From assembly GCF_009914755.1 (NCBI RefSeq), contig NC_060943.1: a stretch of 64,000 nt of DNA; one strand, 5' to 3'. The notes below the pieces were generated by a model. It worked only from the letters and a program-made list of their open reading frames with translations, did not search any database and had not been told where the DNA came from. Shown in pieces: positions 1 through 22,430 of the stretch. Numbering within the stretch: position 1 is the first letter of the stretch; the number at the start of each line of letters is the position of its first letter. Source of the stretch: the human T2T-CHM13v2.0 reference genome, Homo sapiens. A program made the translations under genes and the position numbers.

Positions 1-294
1 TGAGAATATAATCCCCTGGGGGGTTGGTGCTTTCTTCCCGAATATCTGTGGGGTCCCAATAAGGTAGAAGGTGGCACTTCTGGAGGAACGTGATGAGAGT
101 CCCCTTCCCCCGAGGGACACATGGCGGCCCAGGCTCCACCAGCTCTGTTTTCATGCGGCGGCAGGTCAGGCTGGGCAGAATTGTCAGGCCGAGGGTGGCA
201 CGCACAGCACACCTCTCCAGCTAGTGTCAGAGGCCACCTTCCCTTTTATGACCTCCTGGGCTCCTTTGGGACTGACTGGCACCTCTTCCCCCAG

Positions 295-522
295 GACCTG
301 CAAGCGCAGGACCGAGCCCACCGCATCGGGCAGCAGAACGAGGTGCGTGTGCTCCGCCTCTGCACCGTCAACAGCGTGGAGGAGAAGATCCTAGCTGCAG
401 CCAAGTACAAGCTCAACGTGGACCAGAAGGTGATCCAGGCCGGCATGTTCGACCAGAAGTCCTCCAGCCATGAGCGGCGCGCCTTCCTGCAGGCCATCCT
501 GGAGCACGAGGAGCAGGATGAG
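295..522 (+). CDS. SMARCA4: SMARCA4 coding exon (228 nt): helicase C-terminal lobe with motif VI
   Basis: cccccag acceptor at 293-294 and GAG|gtgagc donor; translates [22 protein letters not shown]...EHEEQDE, containing SNF2 motif [13 protein letters not shown]; phase 0/0. Confidence 0.99.
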
Positions 523-735
523 GTGAGCCCAGCACCGGCCCCGACCCCTCCCCAGCGTGAATGGTGGACGCGTGAGCGGCTTTCATTTTTGTTTTTTTAC
601 CTTTTTTGCACTCTTATTTTTTTTGCATCCCTTTGGAGTAAAGGGAGTGTGGGCTGAACGGAAAGAGGATGAGTACTTGCTTTTTCTTTGAAGTGGTTTT
701 TTTTTCTAAACTGCTGGTGAAAGACGCCGGATTGA

Positions 736-921
<186 letters not shown>

Positions 922-954
922 TGAGACGGCCAGCAAGGGCCCTGGTCCCACGGA

Positions 955-981
955 GCGTGCGTGTGCGTGTGCGTGTGTGTG
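955..981 (+). repeat. (GTGC/GT)n purine-pyrimidine repeat
   Basis: gcgtgcgtgtgcgtgtgcgtgtgtgtg. Confidence 0.9.
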
Positions 982-1127
982 CCTTTCGCTGCCGTGTGGG
1001 TCCCCATCCACCGCAGCCGTGCCGGGACCACCAGCTCATTCCCACGGACGCCGCCGCTCGCCTCTGAGCTCGGCCGCCGCCCACCCCGGCCCCTCCTCAG
1101 CGGCACTGACAGTTTGCAATCTTATAG

Positions 1128-1277
<150 letters not shown>

Positions 1278-1888
1278 TAGTGCCCATGGTGGTATCCCTA
1301 GCAGGTCAGGGAGCCAGGGACAGCTCACAGTGCAGCCCACTCCCACCTCCAGACTGACCCGTCTTCCACCCCCAGTCTCCTGAGGATGGCATCGGAGGGC
1401 GAGATGCACACCCAGCCTTCTGCATGTGACCCGAGACCTGCCCCACCAGCTCTGTTTTCTAACGGGCTCTCCAGGGCTTCATGCACTCCCTTTCAGAGGG
1501 AGTTCGCCCTATCCAAGGCCAAGGGACTGACCAGGCCTTCAGTCGCAGAGCCCCCTTGCCCCTGGGTGGGAAACAGGAAATAAGCCACCCAAGCAGGGGC
1601 CCCTTGGCCCGCAGGCCTCATGCCTCCACCAACGCTGGGCCACGCAGCTGCTGCCCCCCTGCTGGGGTCTGCAGCCCTCTTGTGCAACCTTCCATCTTTT
1701 CGAGTTTCCTCTGCCTCCTGAGGCAGAGCCTCTAGTCAGGGTCTGACGGAGCCAGGCCAGGTCAGCCACTGAAAAATCGAGAGCTACTGTTTAACTCTCG
1801 CAGCAGCGTGGAGCCCCACGGGCAGAGAAAGGCCCTTCTGAACTCTCGGTGTTCTGGCTCTAGCGTGCCCCTGGTGCCTGCATGCTGA

Positions 1889-2425
<537 letters not shown>

Positions 2426-3294
2426 TAAAAATCATGTTGCTGATCTCAGTGGACTGCTGGCTTTCCCAGTACCTGCCAGGAGGGAGGCACAAGGGTGAAT
2501 CATGGACTATTGAGGCGCCCTGCAAAGCGTTGCACTGCTGGCTGCAGGCAGCCTCACTTTGGGCAAGTCCCCCCCCATGAGCTGGGGAGACTCAGTCATG
2601 GGGAGGGAGGAGAGGGCAAGCCCCCAAGGGCCTCTGAACCTGGCAGGTGCTGCACGGGGCTGGCAGTTGCTTGTGGAGCTGACGTGAGGGCCCGTTCTCA
2701 GCAGATGGCAGCTGGCCCTGCAACAGCAGCTGCAGATGTCTTTGAGTCAGTCGTGCGGTGCTCCTGGGGCTTCACCCGACCCAACTTTCCCAGCCCAAGG
2801 CACACTGTGACAGATGCCTGGCACTGATGTCCTCACTGGGGTTACGGTGACAGATCAGACCCCTTCCCAGCTCAGGGGCTCTGAGTTATAGAGACGATGA
2901 TTCAGAATCCATCCCTGAAGTTGTGTCATAAAAATGTCCTGAAGCAATAATTCCGAGAAGGCAGGTGGCAGCTTTTGGCTATGCCATGCAAAGTGCCACA
3001 CCCAGGAAAGAGCCATGTGGCCTAGCCCATGTGGCCAAACAGCCCCGGTTCCCTCCTGGGACCTCAGCAGCCCAGACTCATGAGCTTGCCTGCCAAGCTG
3101 TGCACCAGAGGGCGCTGTTGAAACACACCAGGAGCCCAGGTGACAGACAGGCCATCCTGTTCCCCAGCCAGCCTCCCAAGCACAGCGCTCCAGGACCCAG
3201 AAGAGAAACCCTGAAAAGACAGTGTGAGCCCTGCCACAGACCTGTGTGACAGCAGAGCTGTTTGGCTGCTGTATGAGTGTCACCGGCCCTGCAT

Positions 3295-3568
3295 TTTTTT
3301 CTTTTTTAATAAAGACAAAGTCTTGCTGTGTTACCCAGGCTGGCCTCCAGTTCCTGGGGGCTCAAGTGATCCTCACACCTCAGCCTCCTGAGTAGTTCAG
3401 ACTACAGGTACACACCAACACGCCTGGCTAATTTTAAATTTTTTGTAAAGTGGGGGTCTCACTGTGTCACTCAGGCTGGTCTCAAACTCCTGGGCTCAAA
3501 CAATCCACCCGCCTCGGCCTGCAGAGTAGCTGGGATTACGAGCATGAGCCACGGTGCCCAGCTCAGCC
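3295..3568 (-). mobile_element. Alu (old, AluJ-like), antisense
   Basis: poly-T followed by a diverged Alu reverse-complement dimer. Confidence 0.85.
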
Positions 3569-3639
3569 CTGCATATTTGAGGCAGTGAGTACCTTTTAAA
3601 TTTAAGATCAGTTCATACGTGGCTGCTCTATGTACATTT

Positions 3640-4910
3640 TTTTCTAGGTGTAATTTACATACCATACAGTTCACCCTTTTGGGGTATATGATACAATCAT
3701 CTTCAGTGTATCCAAGAGTTGTGCATCTCTCACCACAGTCCATTTTAGAACATTCTCATCGCCCCCAAAAGAAGCCCTGCCCCGATTTGCCATTCCTGGT
3801 AATTCATGGATTCTCCCCAGCCCCAGGCAACCACTGATGTACTTTCTGTCCATATAGTTTTACCTGTTCTGGGCGTTTCCTGTCAGTGGAGTCCTACAGC
3901 GTGGGATGCTTTGGTGTCAGGCTTTTTTCACGCAATGTAACATGCTGACCCATGATGCAGCAGGTGTGTTGCATTCTTTGATGGTGAAATAATCCTGCCT
4001 CGTACAGATTTGTCACATTCGGTTTTTCTGTCCATTCTTGATGGACACTTGGGTTGTATCCACTTTCGGGCTATTACAAACAATACTACCGTGAACATTC
4101 ACGTACACGTTTTTGCGTGCACGCGTTTCTCTTTAATATGTGATTTCTCTTTAATATCTGATTTCTCTTTAATATGTGCCTAGGCGTAGAGTTGCCGGAA
4201 CAATGTTAGTTCTCTATTTAACCTTTTGAGGGACCCCAGCCTGGTTTCCTTGGTGGCTACGCCAGTTCACAGTTCCACCAGCTGTGTATGAGAATTCCTC
4301 TTTCTCTACATCCTCAGCAACCCTTGCTGTTCCCTCGCCCGCTGATTCTAGCCATCCCAGCACGTATGAAGTGCCATCTGAGTGTGGTTGGATTTGCATT
4401 TCCCTGATGGCTAATGGTGTGGAGTATCTGTTCATATGCTTCTTGGCCCTTTGTGTATCCTCTAGAAAGAGATGTCTAGTCACATCATCCTTTACCCAAA
4501 TTTAAAATATATTTATCTTAATATTGAATTGTAAGTTATTTACAAGTGCCTTATCAGATATCATTTGTAAATATTTTGTTCCATTCTGCACATTCTCTTT
4601 TCGCTTCCGTGATATCCGTTGAAGCACAGAAGTGTTTCATTGTACTTACAGTCGATTTTTCTTTTTCACCTGTGCCTTGGTGTTGTATCTGAGAAACCAT
4701 CGCCTATCCAAGGTCACGAAGACTTGCCCCTGTCTTTTCTCCTAGGAGGGTTATAATTTGATCTCTTCCATGTAGATCCATGTAAGATCCATTTTGAGTT
4801 AAATTTTATACATGATGTGAGGTAGGGGTCCATCTTCATCCATCCAACTGGAAATCCAGTTGTCCCAGCAGCATTTGTTGAAGAGACTATTTTTTCCCAT
4901 TGAGCCCATC
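3640..4910 (-). mobile_element. L1M (L1MB-like) 3' end/ORF2 fragment, antisense
   Basis: typical minus-strand L1M text (gttttacctgttct..., tttgcatttccctgatggcta, atccagttgtcccagcagcatttgttgaagagact); minus-strand ORF pieces such as SLFNKCCWDNW. Confidence 0.85.
4126..4178 (+). repeat. 18-bp tandem repeat x3 (TTTCTCTTTAATATGTGA) inside the L1
   Basis: direct reading. Confidence 0.9.
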
Positions 4911-5069
4911 TTATTACACAGTATATTCAAATTCACAGTTGTGAAAAATATTATACAAAACACTGTCTCCCCACTACTGTTGGCTGTGGAATTGGCACCA
5001 CTTTTCTGGCAGCCATCTGTTGCCAAGTGAACTCAAAGCCTTCAAAATGCTCCTATGGCCGCCATCGGA

Positions 5070-5410
5070 CATGGCCATGACTGTGGCAGCCTAAAGCAAC
5101 AGAACTATTTTCTCTGCATTCTGGGCCAGAAGTCTGAACCCACGGTGTGGGCAGGGCTGTGTTCCTTTCGAGGCCCTAGGAGAGGACCCTTCCTTGGCTT
5201 TTCCAGCTTCTGATGGTTCCAGAAGCCTCCTGGCTTGGGGCAGCGTCACCCCATCTCTGCCTCTGTCTTCATGGGGACTTCTCCTCTGTGTCCCCTTCTG
5301 TGTCTTTTAAGAACAATTTTTAAAACTTAATCCCAAAAGTAAAGACCTCATTTGCAAAGAAGGTCCCATTCCGAGGTTCCAGGTAGACATGAGTCTGGGG
5401 GGCACCCGCC
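5070..5410 (-). mobile_element. MaLR LTR (MLT1C-like)
   Basis: ccagaagtctgaa...ggcagggctgtgttcc...cttttccagcttctg...atctctgcctctgtcttcatgg pattern. Confidence 0.75.
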
Positions 5411-5944
5411 GCTCCGCCCTGGGTCTGCAGGGGGCCTTCTCCTGGTGCCTCCTGCCTGCTGTGCCCTCCATGCTGCTTCTTTGACCCGGTTGCCTTCCAT
5501 CCTCCTGGGCCCCTCAGGCTCTCAGCTTCCCATCTTCTCTAAGACATGTCTGCTCCATCATTCTGGTGTCTCTCTCTTCCCTCCTTCCTGGCACCTGACA
5601 CGTTTGTTACCCCACTTGTGGGGTGTTGCTGTCTGATCACCATCTTCCTTCCAAGGGTAGGGGAAAGGGCCCTGGCTGGTTCAAGTCACAGCTCTGTCCT
5701 CAGCGCCAGGCACAGTGCCCAGCTCACTGGCACAGCCTCAGATTCCCTGGACACCTGGCTCCCCGGCTGCATTTTTTACCATTGGGATAAGTTATTAGTA
5801 CCATTGAAAATTAATACCTGGGGATTCTCTTAATATTGTTCATATTCATGTTCTTCTCAGCAGTTTTACCATGAGGAATCTGTCTTAAACAATGTCAGTT
5901 GTCAATAGCGTTATTTAAAATAGCAACAACAATAAAAAAAGGTG

Positions 5945-6690
<746 letters not shown>

Positions 6691-6697
6691 TTTTTAA

Positions 6698-7950
<1,253 letters not shown>

Positions 7951-8192
7951 ATAGATGGGGAGAGTGTGGAACAGAGGTGTCAACATCACCTCCGGGTGAA
8001 GGGATTTCAGGAGCACGTTCTTTTCTGTACAGAGAAGATAGTTCTTTTTTTTTGGTCAAGAAATTCAACCATTAGTTTTTTAAAGACAAGCTTGGGTGGG
8101 GTGCCTGCTGGGGGCAGTGCTGGTCTTTCACTGCAGCCCAGGCACCCCTTGAGAGTCCCAGTGTGTGTTATGCCCCGAGCCAGTCAAGCTGA

Positions 8193-8567
<375 letters not shown>

Positions 8568-9688
8568 TAAGCGAGGAGGCGGGGAGGGCGGGGGCTGTAG
8601 GGGTCCCCGTGGGAGCAGGCCTGGCATCTGCACTCTGACTCTGCACACTCAGGCTTGGGCCGCTCACTCTTTCACTCATCCACAAACACTGACTGAATCT
8701 CTGTGTCTTTGAGCCTGGCCCTGAGGAACATGCTTTCTGGAACAGGGAAGCACACATGTATCTGCGGTGATGAGAGGGAATGTCACATGTGGTCGAGAGG
8801 AGAGGCAGGGGTGCGGGTCTCGGAGAAGGGGACATTGCAGCAGAGCCTTGAGAGAGGGGAGGTTGGGGAGAGTGCACCAGCAGAGGCCACAGCAGGCGGA
8901 GAGGCTCTGCCAAAGTTGTGGCCTGGTGGCCTCAAGGGATGAGGTGGGATGAGGGGTTATATGGCAGTAATGGGTGCTGCCCGTGTGGCCAGGAGGTTGG
9001 GGACAAGAGGCTGGCATGTCTGGAGCAGAGAAAGTGGCAGCCCTCTCCTGTCCTTGCACCCTCCCAGGCTACCTGTGCCATCTCTGTGTTGGTGAGATGG
9101 TGGCCACACTCCTGCTCTCTGCCAGGCCCTGCTCCAAGCCTGGAGATCGCTGTCCTCACAGACATGTCCTATATACGAGGCAGCATGCGGTTCCAGCTGT
9201 GGCCACGGCCCAGCGGCGGATCATAACGTGTTGGTGGATCATGAGTGCCATTTATATGTTTTTCATTTACTAATATCCTTTTCCGTGAGCGACTCTATAT
9301 GGGTACCATTTAAATAAGAAGAAAGGAATGTTCTCAGCAACTCCCCAGGGAGGCATGTGCACCTTCTGCCAGCCCAGGGCAGGTCACAGAGCTGGGCAGG
9401 AGCCAGCAAAGGTGTAAGGCCCATGCCTGGCCCAGGACTCACCCAGTCTTCCACTCTCCAAGGTCTTATTTCACTTCCTGGTACACACTGGCCAGTACGG
9501 CTGTCCCCGTAATGGGAGGGTTGTACTGTTTGATTTTAAATAACAGTTTGCTGTTAGTCATGAAGCAGAGCGTGGGGGAATTGTATCTGTTGGAGGGGAA
9601 AGTGAAGGGAGCCCACATGCATGGTTTGGAGAGAATCTTACCAAGTGTGAAGTTTTAGAGGATGGTAACAATTGGAGTGCCTAAATTA

Positions 9689-11007
<1,319 letters not shown>

Positions 11008-11229
11008 GGGAATTCGCAGAAATCTAATGACAATGACAGACCCTCCCCATGTTTTATTTCTAATGATAATCTTGTGAGGGAAACTTAACATTACCAACCT
11101 AAAGAAGACCCTTGAAGCGCAGTGGGGAAAGCACGGGTGTCTCCATCACACTGGTCTCCTGGGTATCCACGTAGAGAGGATGAGCCTCGACCACCCCCAC
11201 ACACGCACACACCATGCACTTGGATCCAC

Positions 11230-12560
<1,331 letters not shown>

Positions 12561-12699
12561 TTGGTTTTTGAAAAGACAGAAACAGCATGCTCAGCTTATT
12601 AAGAACCTGAATATTTTCAGACAAAAAGTATGTCTAGTGTTAGTCCACTTTTTTTTTTTTTTAGTTTTAGACTCACAGAGCCCTCTTAGGGTCATATTT

Positions 12700-14075
<1,376 letters not shown>

Positions 14076-14079
14076 GAAG

Positions 14080-14960
14080 CTGTGAGGGAAGACAAACTCA
14101 GGGTCCACAGGGTGGGAAAAGTCCACAAGATCACCCTCAAGTGCCGTCATTCTCTAGGACCCCGAGAGCCCTAGCGGTTGTTACGCTTGCAGTTATGATT
14201 TATTACAGTGCAAGGCTACAGATTAAAATCAACCAAGGCAAGAGATGTATGGGGCCTCTTGGGGGCCAAGGTGGGCGGATCACTTGAGGTGATCTGGACG
14301 GTTCCAGACACAGGGCTTTCCTTTGTCTCCTCCCTGTGGAGTTGAAGACAGCGCTGATGTTCCCGGTGACGTTGACTCAGAGCATTGCCAACCAGAGAAG
14401 CCTCCGTGTCCAGAGGTTTTTTTTTTTTTTTGGAGATGCAGTCTCACTCTGTCACTCAGGCTGGAGTGCAGTGGCACTATCTTGGCTCACTGTAACCTCT
14501 GCCTCCTGGGTTGAAGTGATTCTTCTGCCTCAGCCTCCTGAGCAACTGGGATTACAGGCTCGCGCCACCACGCCTGGCTAATTTTTGTATTTTTTAGTAG
14601 AGATGGGGTTTCACCATGTTGGCCAGGCTGGTCTCGAACTCCCGACCTTAAGTGATCCGCCCGCCTCAGCCTCCCGAAGTGTTGGGATTACAGGCATGAG
14701 CCACCGTACCCACCCTGTGTCCAGCATTTTTACTGGGACTTGGTCACAAAGACACAGCTGGCTACCCACGTGGCTGACCTCCATCTCCAGCCCCTCTGCA
14801 GGTGAGCAGAAACTACATAGCCCAAAGCCCCAACCTAGGACTGGTCCCAGACCCCACGTAAACAAAGACAGCCATTAGGTGTGACATTCTAAGGACTCAG
14901 AGATCACCTCCCAGGAGCCCCAGGCAAAAGCCAGACCTCATTTGGGGCGAAGTTACATTC
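14080..14960. mobile_element. MER21-like LTR interrupted by an antisense Alu (~14417-14715)
   Basis: ttatgatttattacagtgcaaggctacagattaaaatcaaccaagg resembles MER21. Confidence 0.7.
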
Positions 14961-16888
14961 TTTTTTATTATTATTATTATTTGCCCATCATTGTCTAGAA
15001 GTTACATTCTGTATGACACATCTGTCAGATCCCTGGAAGCTTCCTCGCCACCGACTGCATGGCAGGTGGTGCTCATGTCACTCGGCCCTTCCTTGGCCCC
15101 ACACAGCTGCACCAGGCTGAGAAGAGCTTGAATGGAATAAAGTCAGACACAGCTAACAGCTCACTTTTTTGTCTCCAACTTTGAATTGCTCCTTTCCAAG
15201 AAAAGAAAAAAAACTTCTTTTTGTTTAATTGGATTTTTTTTTTTATTTATTTTTTGAGGCAGAGTCTCACTCTGTCACCCAGGCTGGAGTGCCATGGCAC
15301 AATCTCGGCTCCCTGCAACCTCCACCTTCCAGGTTGAAGTGATTCTCCTGCCTCAGCCTCCCAAGTAGCTGGGATTACAGGTGCACACCACCATCATGCC
15401 TGGCCAGAATTTTTGTTTTTTAGTTGGCTCTCCAGAACCCTCTAAGTAGTTCAGCTCTGCAATTGAGTTAAATGTGAAGCCTGAAAAGAGACTGGCATCT
15501 GTGTAGACCTGAGTTCTAACAATTCAAAGAGTGAACACGGGACGTTGTCCTCTGGATTCGGTGTCAGGAGCCTGCCTCGCCGAGCTGGAGAGTGTGCCCA
15601 TGACTGCAGGTGGGAGCCACATGGTCCGTCTAGGTGGCGACACCTGAGGACAGAAGTGGTTTAGCTGGGCACCCGCTGCTGTGTTGGGGCCAGACCCTTT
15701 TGGAGAGGCAGGGACGCCCTTCCTGTCAGGTGGAATCTTTTCAAATATTGCTTTTGATCGTTGGAGATACTTGCAGCCCCCTAGTTCGTGTTTTATTCTG
15801 GCAGAATTGTGTTTGACGTGACCTCTGTGTTGACCTCATCATACGTGTACAGTTGTCTTGCCTGGGAATCTTATACTCTGTTCTTCTGCACTCAGATTCA
15901 CAGCCATGAGGCCGCTCCTCCCAAGGCCCTGGAGTGTGGCACTGCCAGCTGTCACAGCCACGGTCCTTTACATTGTATACACAGAGTGCAGTGACATGCC
16001 CCTCCTGCTCAGGGGCCACAGTAGGAACAGGCTGGAGTGTTCTGTGGTACCATGCCGGCAGTGCTGGCTTCTGCTGTCCAGGGGCTTGTGGTGGCTCCAG
16101 TGGGAAGGGCCACGTAAGCAGAACAGGAAGTGTGAGCAGTGTCCACTGGGAGGAGAGGGACAAGTGTCCCAGGCAGAGAGGACACAGTGCATGCAGAGGC
16201 TGGAGGGAGGCTAGGGGCTTGAGTGGGGCTGCGCCAGCACCAGGGGCCTCACAGGGGCCCTGGGCCACACACCTGCCCTTAGCCAAGGGCGTTTCTCCTT
16301 GGTGGTTTGAAATCTCAAACCACATTGAGGAACCTGCCAGAAATCGAAACCAGAATTAAGAAATTAAGTTACATGTAGGAGATTTTACTTTAAAATCAGA
16401 ACATGCAGAAACGTTCTCTGTGGCTTCGGGTCAGGTTCGGGCTTGTGGGGCTGTACACTGCCAGTTGATACCTTCTTCCCTGGGTTCTGTGTTTTTTTTT
16501 TTTTTTTTGAGACAGAGTCTTGCTCTGTAGCCCAGGCTGGAGTGCAGTGGCACAGTCTTGGCTCACTGCAACCTCTGCCTCCCTCCCTGGGTTCTTTATA
16601 GCAGTCAGCAGCTGGTGGCTGAGGCATTTGGGGCACTGTGTCCAAGTGTCAAGGCCGCATGTGTGTCAGGGGGCACACCCTTGGTGTGCTTGGTAAGGGC
16701 TCAGAGAAGGGCATCTGCTGGTCCATGTGGGCTCAGCCAGCAGCCTGCTAAAGACCACCCCGCCAGCCACCAGCCTGCCTGCGACAGTGATAGGGCAGAG
16801 ATGCTGCTACAATAAAGACCATGCGGGCCAGGCGCAGGCGCTCACATCTGTAATCCCAGCACTTTGGGAGGCCAAGCCGGGCTGATCA

Positions 16889-17161
<273 letters not shown>

Positions 17162-18305
17162 TCAGGAGACACGTGCACAGCTTCAGGGCTAGAGGGGCAC
17201 AATGGCTGCAGACTATGCTCGGGCAGCTCGGAAAGACGGTGACGGGTCCAGGCTGCCGCAGCTAAGCCTCACAAGAGCTCTGGCCCCACCAGGCGGGCCC
17301 TCTGGGTTCCATTCCCACTCCCCACTGCCTGGAGGCAGCAGCCCTGTGGTTACTGTAGGAGGGACCTGAATGCAGTGAAGATCTGCACTCCACACCTGTC
17401 TCTGTGCCTCAGTCTCCACGTCTGCAGCACAGGGGCCTGACTGAAATAACGTGGCCAGGCACACAGCCCAGACGCCAGCACTGTGTGCACTGTGGGAGGG
17501 GACGATGGTCCCTAGCCCAGGGCCTGAGCTGCTGCCTTGCCAATTCGTGGTGACAGCTTTGGCCTGGGTCTGGCAGGGGCTGGCTGCTACTGCTGAAGGC
17601 CTGTCTGCACTGTTTCCCTGCCTTTCCACAAGCACTGTCCCTCCTGGCTCTTCAGAGTTGAGTGGTTATACCTTGTGCAAGAAAAACAATGAAACAGATT
17701 GTCTGAATGTTTCAGACCTGCCTGAAACATTCTGCAGGAGAGGTCATCCCAAGGCTTGAAAGTGTTTGTCACACTCCTTCAAGCCCCCAGGGCAGGGCCC
17801 CTGAGGGAAGGGTGCAGGTGGAGGGTGGGCAGGAGTGGGAGCCATTCCTTGGGGACAGGGGGGCTCCTCAGGGCTGTCTGGCCCTTGGCCTGTGGTTCCA
17901 GGTCTATGGTCTGCTTGGCACATAGCCTGGACCCTGGTGCTGTGCAGGCACTGGCTGGATGAGGGCACCGAGCAGATGAGCCCCAGGCATGCCCACTTAT
18001 GGGCATAGGCTGGGTGCAGGGCACTGGGTCCAACATAACCATGGCAGAGGGCTCAGGGGGCCTAAAAGTCATGGATGGAGTTGCCCACGCAGCCTGCGGT
18101 CAGGTTCCCTGTGGAGCCGTGCTGGGGTTCTGCGCCTGCCCCAGGATTTGCTGGAAGAAGCTCCCCCTCCTCTGTTTGTGAGTCGGGCCCTACCCCCAAG
18201 TCTCCCCCTCAGTGATAGAGACCTTTACATAACACAAATAAACAAGGCAACTGGTTTAGAAGAATGAGTCTGAAAACTAGAATGGCGTGTTTAAGGAAAG
18301 CTTAG

Positions 18306-18704
<399 letters not shown>

Positions 18705-18884
18705 TAGGATGGTCTCGATCTCTTGACCTCATGATCCGCCAGCCTCGGCCTCCCAAAGTGCTGGGATTACAGGAGTGAGCCACCATGTCCGGCCGGAAAT
18801 GTTTATTAAAATAGCAGATGAGGCCGGGTGCTGTGACTCAGGCCTGTAATCCCAGCACTTTGGGAGGCTGAGGCGGGTGGATCA

Positions 18885-19226
<342 letters not shown>

Positions 19227-20494
19227 TCAACAATAGGCAGATTTAAAATAAAGTCAGGAAATAGCTAGATCAAAGAATAGAAAGGTGAACCAGGTGTGAT
19301 ATCCACCTGTAGTCCCAGCTTCTTGGGAGGCCAACGCGGGAAAATCACGTGAGCCCAGGAGTTGGAGGCACCGCTGCACTCAAGCCTGGGTGACACAGTG
19401 AGACCCTGTCTCAAAAAGCAGCAGGAAGAGAGGCTGGCATGTGGGGCTCCAGGGGGTGTGAAGGAGGGTCCACACCCTCCTTCCTCCACCTGGCCATACT
19501 GAGCAGCACATTCTCTGAGCCAACGGCCCCTACAAACACCCACCCTTTCCTCCTGGTAGCCCAGAGGGCGCCCCTGCCTGCTCACTTCCCAATGTCGGGA
19601 TCCTGTGATTTCTGCCTCTTCAGAAAGGACTTGAGGCATTTTCTGACTCAGAGCCACTCAGGATTCCAGGACCTCCTGTGGTGACAACAGGGACACCAGT
19701 AGTGATGAATTCAGAAAAGAGCGAACGCCCCTCAAGCTGCCCTCCCCCAGCCCTGCAGACAGTGGCCATGGGCCTCCCTGCACTCAGGACCGACTGCACC
19801 TGCCTGCGGCGTAGGGGAGCTGGGGCTGGCCTTTCCTTTTCATCTTCCCCTGGCACTGGGAAATGCTCTGGGTGGTGCCATGTATAACACCTTTTGTCAC
19901 AGTGCTCTCATTTCGTCGTGTAAAAGGCCAGTCCCCGCCTCGCAGTGTTGGGGCAGCCAGCACAGGCACGTGAGACAGGAGCCACACCTGGGTTCTCATC
20001 TGGCATCTGCCTCTTGCCATGCTCAGGTTCTTGCCTCCAGATATAGGGCATCAAACTAAGTGGTTTCCAAACTTGGGTTCTTGGTGGGGAGTGAGATCAG
20101 GGTTTCTTAAAAACTGCACTTGGAGGCTGGGCACGGTGGCTCACGCCTGTAATTCCAGCACTTTGGGAGGCCGAGGCGGGCGGATCACCTGAGGTCAGGA
20201 GTTACAAAAAACGGAACCTAGGCTCACGCCTATAATCCCAGCACTTCGGGAGGCCAAGGCTGGCGAATCGCTGGAATTTAAGAGTTCCAGACCAGCCTGG
20301 CCAACGTGGCAAAACCCTGTTTCTACTCAAAATACGTAAGTTAGCCGGGCATGGTGGTGGGTGCCTGTAATCCCAGCTACTCGGGAGGCGGAGGTTGCAG
20401 TAAGCCAAGATTGCACCACTGCACTCCAGCCTGGGTGACAGAGTGAGACTCCGTCTCAAAAAAAAAAAAAAAAAAAAAGAAATTCAAATCTCAG

Positions 20495-20731
<237 letters not shown>

Positions 20732-22154
20732 CTAGTGAGACCCCATCTCTACAAAATATTTTTTAAATTAGCCAGGTGTTGTGGCGTGTGCCTGTAGTCC
20801 TAGCTACTTGGGAGGCTGAAGCAGTAGGATCTCATGAGCCCAGGAGTTGGAGGCTTCAGTGAGCTAGGATGGCACCACTGCACTCTAGCCTGGGCAACAG
20901 AACAAGATCGTGTCTGTAAAAAGAGAGAAAAGAAACAGACAATTCCTAGACTGCAGCAGGTGTTTGCAGTAGTGCATCCAGCAAAGGACTCCCCAGGGAA
21001 GGAAATGGGCCAAAGATGGGAACAAGCGCTGCTTGGAAGAGCCTGTGAAACAGTGCTTGGCTTCTCTGCACAACAAGGAAACGTGTTTAGGGCCACATTG
21101 TAGAATGGCTACAAGGACAAGCACCACTCACGCTGGCTCAGTATCTCCCAAGTAGAGCATTTCCCCACCCTGTGACCTAGAGTATCTTCTCCCAGATAAA
21201 TTCCTAGGAGAACTGCAAACTAAACACTTGTTCCTGAGTGTCCACAGACACTTGCTTCCTGGTGTCCAACCCTGAGCACAGCCCAGATGCCCGGCAGTGG
21301 GAACTGGGCATGGCTGGTGTGTGCCCACCTCGGGACCTGCTGCTGCACTCGGCAACAGGGACAGCAAGGAGGCAGGAGGCCAGGCCAGGTTTGGGGGCTC
21401 CCCTGTGTGTTTCTGCATCATCAACTTGAAGAAGCAGCCAACCTCGGCCCAGGATCATCCCTGGGGGAAGGACTGACAGGAGCGCATCTTTAGCCTCATG
21501 CTTAAGATCTGTGCATTGGGCCAGGTGCGGTGGCTCAGCCTGTGATCCCAGCACTTTTGGGAGGCCAAGGTGGGTGGATCAGGAGGTCAGGAGTTCGAGA
21601 CCAGCCTGACCAACATGGTGAAACCCGTCTCTACTAACAATACAAAAATTAGCTAGGTGTGGTGGTGCACCTGTAATGCCAGCTACTTGGAGGCTGAGGC
21701 AGGAGAATCGCTTGAACCCTGGAGGCAGAGGTTGCAGTGAGCCGAGATCACGCCACTGCATGATGTGTGCATTGGTGTTAAGTCAGCTATTAAGAGGTGT
21801 GGGCTGGGTGTGTGTGGGGGTCAGAGGAGGTGATGTTTGCCCTGAGATGAGGTCAGAGCCCACATTCCCATGGGGGTGGACTCCCCTTTGTAGGCCTTGA
21901 CACGAGCATGGGAGCGGAGCTAGGGGCACTGACATCAAAGGTGGTGGCGCCTATCCAGAGGACTCCGGGTTTCATTCCAAGTGCGGGGAGGCTGCAGCAT
22001 GTCCCTCTTTAATATAGAGGTGAGGGAGGCTCTCAGCACCCTGCCTGTTGCAGGGAAGCCTGAGGACAGGACCTCCAGGGAACTCTGCACCAGAGCGGAA
22101 TCCTCAGACCGGCAACTGGGTGGTCTTGATTCATCCAGAACGTAATTCTCCTAG

Positions 22155-22430
<276 letters not shown>

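Noticed and set aside
121-657. 178-aa ORF as a standalone gene
   Set aside because: It is the SMARCA4 exon 295-522 read through into intron on both sides
16811-16816. Intronic AATAAA as an alternative SMARCA4 poly(A) site
   Set aside because: No clear upstream terminal exon or downstream GU-rich element; the hexamer is common
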